Positions 21,801 through 27,649 of a stretch of DNA of 27,649 bases are shown piece by piece. The position numbers were made by a program, and so were the translations under genes. Numbering within the stretch: the first letter of the stretch is position 1; the number at the start of each line of letters is the position of its first letter. Under the pieces are notes generated by a model that worked only from the letters and a program-made list of their open reading frames with translations, was not told the origin of the DNA and ran no database searches. This DNA comes from Ginkgo biloba (taxonomy: Eukaryota; Plantae; Ginkgophyta), in NCBI GenBank assembly GCA_024626585.2, contig JANKJI020000004.1:67221108-67248756 (forward strand). The letters run 5' to 3'.

Positions 21801-24155
21801 GGATAGGATGATCAGAGAAGAGGCCTGGAAGAGACAAGAGATGGCAAGGTTGAATAAGGATCATGAATTAAGGGCTCAGGAACGTTCTCTGGCTGCTTCA
21901 AGGGATTTTGCAATTGTATCCTTTCTCCAAAAAATTACAGGCCAAAGTTTTCAGCTTGATTCTCGATTAATGCCTTCTCAGATTCATCACCATGGGGATG
22001 GAGATCAAGATCTGGAGCAAGAGCAAGAACAAGAGGAAGAGGTTCATGAATACAAGGATTTCAGCTGCACTGATCCTAACAGTAAGAGGTGGCCTAAGCC
22101 TGAAGTCCATGCATTGATCAGATTAAGGAGTGGAATGGGTCCTAGGTTCCATGAGACGGGACCAAAAGGTCCTCTCTGGGATGAAATTTCTTCAGGAATG
22201 GCATGTCTGGGATATAACCGTAGTGCCAAGAGGTGCAAAGAGAAGTGGGAGAACATCAATAAGTACTATAAGAAGGCCAAGGAGAGCAATAAAAAACGCC
22301 CTGAGAATGCCAAGACATGCCCTTATTTTCATCAATTGGATGCTTTGTATAGGAGGGGTATTCTTGCCAATCCTAATAAGCTCAACAAGATGCATGGTCA
22401 GGATCAGCCTGACGAGGAAGAGCTTCTGGAGCAGGCCAGTGGGAGTAACAGGGAGGATAGTGCCCAAGGCCACGGTGGAGATGGAGAAGGGGAAATCTTG
22501 GCCATCATGCCACCTCCAGACTCTGACGGTGCTCCTGCTGAAACTCCGACGAGCAATGGGGTGACCGTGGCAACATTTTTTTCTAGTGATTCAGAGAACC
22601 GGAATGCTGAGAAGGGATCCTTGAATAAGGTAATTGAATATGTTAAAAATCATTTTCATACTCCATAGAGATCAAGTGTTCTGTGCACTGAAGAAAATAT
22701 AGACATAAAATCAATTTAATCGTGTTTTTCTTTTATGATCATGAAGATCCTATGTACCCATCAGATCTTCTATATTGTTTGTATACAAAAGGTGGAATAT
22801 ATGTGCTGTAGGCCACCCAAAATTCTTTACAAATCCTTTCAGAACTTGTACATTCTAATAGGTTATTATGCTTTTATTGTCGTTCTATTCAATACCTCTC
22901 CTTTCCCCTAATGCCGTTGATGGGGATAGTCTATCAGAGCCCAACAAGCCAAGGGATAGTCTGCCACGTATTTTGCATAAATATATGCTGGAATGTATTA
23001 CCAACCATGAATCAGACTCTTCTTGAGACCATATATTCAATTCACAGTAATATATTCCAAATATATATCAGAATATATTAATGTAATTTGTTGGACTGTT
23101 GGCCTCAGGAAGATTATGCACGGCGGATAGGCTACTCACATTTGGCATCAGTGATATATATAGATCTATAGATATGTGTTTTTTCNNNNNNNNNNNNNNN
23201 NNNNNNNNNNNNNNNNNNNNNNNNNNNNNNNNNNNNNNNNNNNNNNNNNNNNNNNNNNNNNNNNNNNNNNNNNNNNNNNNNNNNNNNNNNNNNNNNNNNN
23301 NNNNNNNNNNNNNNNNNNGGTTGTAGAAGACCTTGAAAATTCGGCACAAATGTTCCTGAATGTTAGAATTATAGCAGGTTATGTTGTTGATATTCATGGT
23401 ATCTCTGGTCCAACAATCTTCCCTTCCCTTCAAAGGTCAACATTAGTTTCATCGAGTGCTTATTAATTTCATCAGAATCACTAGTCTTTCTGCTGCCTAT
23501 TTTGTTACAGAATTTTTATGTATATGCATGCATATGCTTTGTTTTTCTTTTTAACTTAGTGAACAAGATGAAAATCAAAATTTACGACTAAGTTTTTCAT
23601 TATTGATCAGAAATGTACAGCGAGAATCGTAAAAATATTTTTGAAGTACAATTCCAGAGATGGTTGAAATCCTGCCAAATTAATCAAAAAATAGGAATCT
23701 AAAAAAAAACCTTCAGTCGATTAATACAAACCGTGATAACTAATGCATGTTATATATTGGAGTTCGAAACCAATTTAAGTTCAATGCGAGAACCGCATGG
23801 TCTGTGTGTCCAAAATTATTTTTTGAATGTGGGCTATTGTATCCNNNNNNNNNNNNNNNNNNNNNNNNNNNNNNNNNNNNNNNNNNNNNNNNNNNNNATT
23901 GTAGCTTATTTTAGATTATATATATTGCAAACAATAACTTTTTAATTTTAATTTTTTTCTTTTAGATTATAAGAGAACTCTATATCTCTCAACTCTAATG
24001 ATTTCAACACTATATCTTCAGGGGCTGAATAAACGCGAAGGTCTGATGAAGGGATTCCTGGACACGCAGTCAAGACGCCAGCATGAGCCAGCTGTGGATG
24101 GCAGCAGCTGCAGTGAACCCAAAATGGAACTAATCCATTCAGTCATAAATAACTT
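18328..24155 (+). CDS. GTL1: GT-2-clade twin-trihelix transcription factor gene (GTL1/GT-2/DF1-like), 3 coding exons, partly hidden by N gaps; 3' end lies in the gap after 24155
   Basis: Two trihelix domains (RWPRQETLALLKIRSEMD...KGPLWEHVSR and KRWPKPEVHALIRLR...KGPLWDEIS...GYNRSAKRCKEKWENINKY...TCPYFHQLDALY) flank the GT-2-clade central coiled coil (QEKMQQKFLEAIEKREQDRMIREEAWKRQEMARL). Splice sites are phase-compatible. The clade is secure; exact orthology is not. Confidence 0.9.
19769..19789. repeat. (TAA)7 microsatellite in intron 1
   Basis: Read directly from the sequence. Confidence 0.9.
20010..20090 (+). mobile_element. tRNA-derived SINE-like relic (Pol III A/B boxes) in intron 1
   Basis: Perfect B box GTTCGAATCC at 20068-20077. 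A-box-like TAGATTAGATTG / TTGATCAGTGG at 20014-20033, at tRNA-like spacing. No full cloverleaf is seen. Confidence 0.5.
21468..22629 (+). CDS. GTL1: Trihelix GT-2-like TF exon 2, visible part (Asn-rich linker, RKRKR NLS, central coiled coil, trihelix domain 2); 5' part hidden in gap 20970-21467
   Basis: ORF 21469..22668 of the track. Trihelix 2 lies at ~22081-22350. A strong donor AAG|GTAATT sits at 22630 (phase 0). The second half of trihelix 1 is not visible and would fit within the 498-N gap. Confidence 0.92.
24022..24155 (+). CDS. GTL1: Putative exon 3 of the trihelix gene (GLNKREGLMKGFLDTQSRRQHE...), runs into a gap
   Basis: Acceptor TATATCTTCAG|G at 24021/24022 follows an AT-rich intron. 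Phase 0 matches the 22629 donor, there is a local GC rise, and the frame is open to the gap. It loosely resembles the short KPED-LMKE-type last exon of GTL1-like genes (from recall). Confidence 0.6.
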
Positions 24156-25645
24156 NNNNNNNNNNNNNNNNNNNNNNNNNNNNNNNNNNNNNNNNNNNNN
24201 NNNNNNNNNNNNNNNNNNNNNNNNNNNNNNNNNNNNNNNNNNNNNNNNNNNNNNNNNNNNNNNNNNNNNNNNNNNNNNNNNNNNNNNNNNNNNNNNNNNN
24301 NNNNNNNNNNNNNNNNNNNNNNNNNNNNNNNNNNNNNNNNNNNNNNNNNNNNNNNNNNNNNNNNNNNNNNNNNNNNNNNNNNNNNNNNNNNNNNNNNNNN
24401 NNNNNNNNNNNNNNNNNNNNNNNNNNNNNNNNNNNNNNNNNNNNNNNNNNNNNNNNNNNNNNNNNNNNNNNNNNNNNNNNNNNNNNNNNNNNNNNNNNNN
24501 NNNNNNNNNNNNNNNNNNNNNNNNNNNNNNNNNNNNNNNNNNNNNNNNNNNNNNNNNNNNNNNNNNNNNNNNNNNNNNNNNNNNNNNNNNNNNNNNNNNN
24601 NNNNNNNNNNNNNNNNNNNNNNNNNNNNNNNNNNNNNNNNNNNNNNNNNNNNNNNNNNNNNNNNNNNNNNNNNNNNNNNNNNNNNNNNNNNNNNNNNNNN
24701 NNNNNNNNNNNNNNNNNNNNNNNNNNNNNNNNNNNNNNNNNNNNATCTCACTAAACATTATAAGATTAATATTAGAGGGGCTAATAAAGGAATAATAATA
24801 GATAAAATGTTATATATAATAATTAGTAAAAGACAAGCATTCATGACCATCGTGCAGAGTCGTGTATAATGATCTGGGCAATGGGATTAGAAGGCAGAAT
24901 GGTTGACAGAGGAAGAATTCCATATTAAAACAAGGCCGCCGTTGTTGTTTACTGCGACCACAATTTAAAATTAATATTGACGAAGTCTACAACGAAAGTT
25001 ACATGTTAGACCGCATGATATATACGACAGAGAATGGGAGCAATCCCAAAGAAAATATATCGAGGAATAAATTCAGGATAAGCGTCACCATAATTCCAAA
25101 TAAAATAAATAAGATTCTTATTGGCTGGAAGTGCATACTATTTTAAATTATTACTTTGGTTTCACTTAAACTTTCACCGTTTCTATGAAAAGTCTATATG
25201 TAGGTAAGTTTGTCCACAAGCTCATGAATTAAGAAATATTTGGCATGAAAATTTTCGTCTCATTCATATTGTCTCATACACACACATATACACATGCACA
25301 CAAATTAAATAATACAAACTTTGGTAAACACTTATACAAAATAATATTTTAATTTAACAATAATTAGTATTGAGGGCTAAGGCAATTACAATTAAGTATT
25401 GCTTGATTGAGATAATAACAACTATGCATGGGTTTAAGTAATGGTTTATTTTTAATTTGCATTGATGTGAATTTATCATTAGTATTAACAATAAGTTCAA
25501 GTTGGATTGGTGTACATTTAAATTGAATGGATGGATTTTTAATATAATTTTATTCTTAATATAATAGTATATGCATGTGTGTATACTGTTATATATGATA
25601 GTAAGATTCCTATCTATCAGTTATCTTACCACCCATATAATTTTT

Positions 25646-25830
25646 TGTGATGGTGAACATCCATGTTAGCTTTAATTAGCTCTGTGATGATGGTTACATG
25701 TCGGTCGACCATCATACTTTTGATTACCTCAGTGATGGTGGACCCATGTCGGTCCACCAAGATGGTAGACCAACATGGATCTACCATCATAGAGGCAATC
25801 AAAGTCTGCATGGAGGTCCACCATCAGGGT
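25646..25830. repeat. Foldback of nested direct and inverted repeats (core GATGGT.GACC.ACATG), DNA-transposon subterminal or MITE-like
   Basis: Arms 25716-25759 and 25763-25805 are inverted copies (36/44 by hand count) around a 3-nt loop. Confidence 0.8.
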
Positions 25831-26311
25831 CGATAGAATGCCATATTTTTATTAAGCCTACATGTACAATCTATTGATTTTTTAGATATAAGTACACATA
25901 TTCACACCCCAGAGATGACAAACATACAACAAGCAAGAGTGAGAATCAATGCATCATATTATTATTGAAGCTGGTAATAAATACATATAAATCACAACTA
26001 TTCCTAGAAATAATAAGTTTCTCAATCTATTAGTTCAATGTATCCCTAAAAAATATCAACAATACAAGGTGACACCCTCACATTACCCCCTTGAAGAGGA
26101 AGAAGAGGGATGAAAGGGGTTCATTTATGAAACATGAGTTGAATGAATGAAGACATTTTAAAATTGTTTGAGCTAATATGCTAACAGAGTGAGCAATCAT
26201 AATACATTTAAAGGGCTCAAACACTAATGAAGTAGACTCTTAGTAAGACCCCATTTTCATAGTAAGTAATAGGCCATCATACGATCATTTGGCTAAAAAT
26301 TATAAATCCAA

Positions 26312-27387
26312 TGATGCAGATCATGATACCACTTTNNNNNNNNNNACCATTACTAATGAGGAAGACCAATAGCCACTGCCGATGACAAAGGGGTACTGAT
26401 AGTAGTATTCTAAGAATAGGCATTGATGTTAGTTGGATAAAGACAATGGAATGATTAGCATTCAAAAGGATGATGATAGAAGACTAATGGTGACGTCAAA
26501 ACACTAATATGAAGGATAGACCTGGGAAGAGATTGACATCTGGAGGGTGACGATAGTTAACAAAGGCTTGGTGGAGAACAATAGTCATAGTCAGGAACTT
26601 GAAACTGAGCATTAAAGATAATAGGTAGACACATCAAGCTTATTTTCTTATAGAGAGAATTAATAATGATCTTAATTACTCACCTATCAAATGCTAAAGT
26701 GAGAGATTTTAGCATCGACAACCTTCAAGGAAGAGAAGAATCGAGAAGAGAAGGGAGAAGGAAAGAACAAAGGGGAAACATTGTGGCTACATGGAAGAGA
26801 AGGAGAGGATACATAATGAAGGAGAAGCTAGTAAGGGAAAACATAGAAGAGGCAGAGAGAATGCTTAAAAGAGAAGAGACAAAAAAGGTGCAGACTATCA
26901 ATTGTGAGGCAACACCATGAGAAAACTAAGTTGAGTAGGTACATTGGAAGATTGTTGAACATGAGATAGACATAAAAAAAGATTTAAGTGTTTGGTGTAA
27001 ATGCTCTAAGGAGGGAGCTAATGCAATACTATAAGCAAATGTTAGTGGGGATGAATGTGTATGTAAACCTATGAGTAGGTTGGTGGACTGAATGTAAAGA
27101 AAGTCTTGGATTTTAAATGTAATGAGAAAGATTTAATTTTTTTTAAAGAAATTAGAAGTGTTCTTAATTCCTCCTCCTACGTATGTATATATTAGTTTGT
27201 GTGTTGAGAAGACAATGTATGATCCATTGAATATATGTGTGTTTGTATTAGCTATGTGTTATGAGAAAACACCCTTGAAGGGCTAAGCAATGGTGTAAGG
27301 TACAAAGTTAGTCATCCCACTACAGATCCTAGAAGTGGTCAATTATTCATTGGAGTTGGAGATCAATTTGATCAACTAACTGCATCA
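26312..27387 (+). mobile_element. 5' LTR (~1.08 kb) of an LTR retrotransposon running off the window
   Basis: Perfect 8-bp inverted termini TGATGCAG...CTGCATCA, followed 2 nt later by PBS TGGTATTAGAGC. It spans one 10-N gap near its start. Confidence 0.75.
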
Positions 27388-27389
27388 TA

Positions 27390-27401
27390 TGGTATTAGAG
27401 C
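27390..27401 (+). other. Primer-binding site (tRNA-iMet, one mismatch) TGGTATTAGAGC
   Basis: Located directly after the LTR end TGCATCA-TA. Confidence 0.8.
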
Positions 27402-27649
27402 ATCATACAATGTGTGATCTATATCATTTACTATTAGAGAATTTGATAGCGGGTGGCTGCATCGCATGGCACCACCAAAGCATCATCCGTTGCACACTCT
27501 ACATCATCTAGTATCAAAGCATAGGTTAGACTTATTGTGGAGGTTTCTATAGAAAGCTAAGGAGTGGTTGAAGTTACAATGAGTGAGTTGAGGAGTGAGA
27601 GACATAAAAGATTGTAGTGAAGAGTCAAGGATTAGTTAGGAAAGTAATC

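Noticed and set aside
21634-22564. Overlapping antisense and alternate-frame ORFs within exon 2
   Set aside because: These are shadows of the trihelix coding sequence.
23760-23772. Second B-box-like GTTCGAAACC in intron 2
   Set aside because: No A box or tRNA-like context; probably chance.

Overview
This is eukaryotic land-plant genomic DNA. A gymnosperm-like origin is my inference, based on the dense old LTR debris, long introns and gene style. The draft assembly is gappy: eight exactly-100-N gaps look like unknown-size scaffold joins, so adjacency across them is unproven. The left ~16 kb and the last ~1.7 kb are decayed Ty3/gypsy material: a CRM-type protease/RT fragment, two related gag pseudogenes each behind a tRNA-iMet PBS, and several TGATG...CATCA LTRs. 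The LTRs include a solo LTR with a 5-bp TSD and LTR-internal 25-bp tandem arrays. One host gene lies at ~18.3-24.2 kb on the + strand: a three-exon GT-2-clade (GTL1-like) twin-trihelix transcription factor with a CpG-rich promoter. The most unusual structure is a chain of LTR-end/PBS/PPT modules with miniature LTRs at 10.6-11.0 kb, echoed by a triplicated LTR-end+PBS at 27.4-27.5 kb. Also notable are a nested foldback hairpin downstream of the gene, a tRNA-SINE-like relic in intron 1 and an inverted GT-box pair in the trihelix gene's own promoter. There is no CRISPR array, rRNA or intact tRNA.
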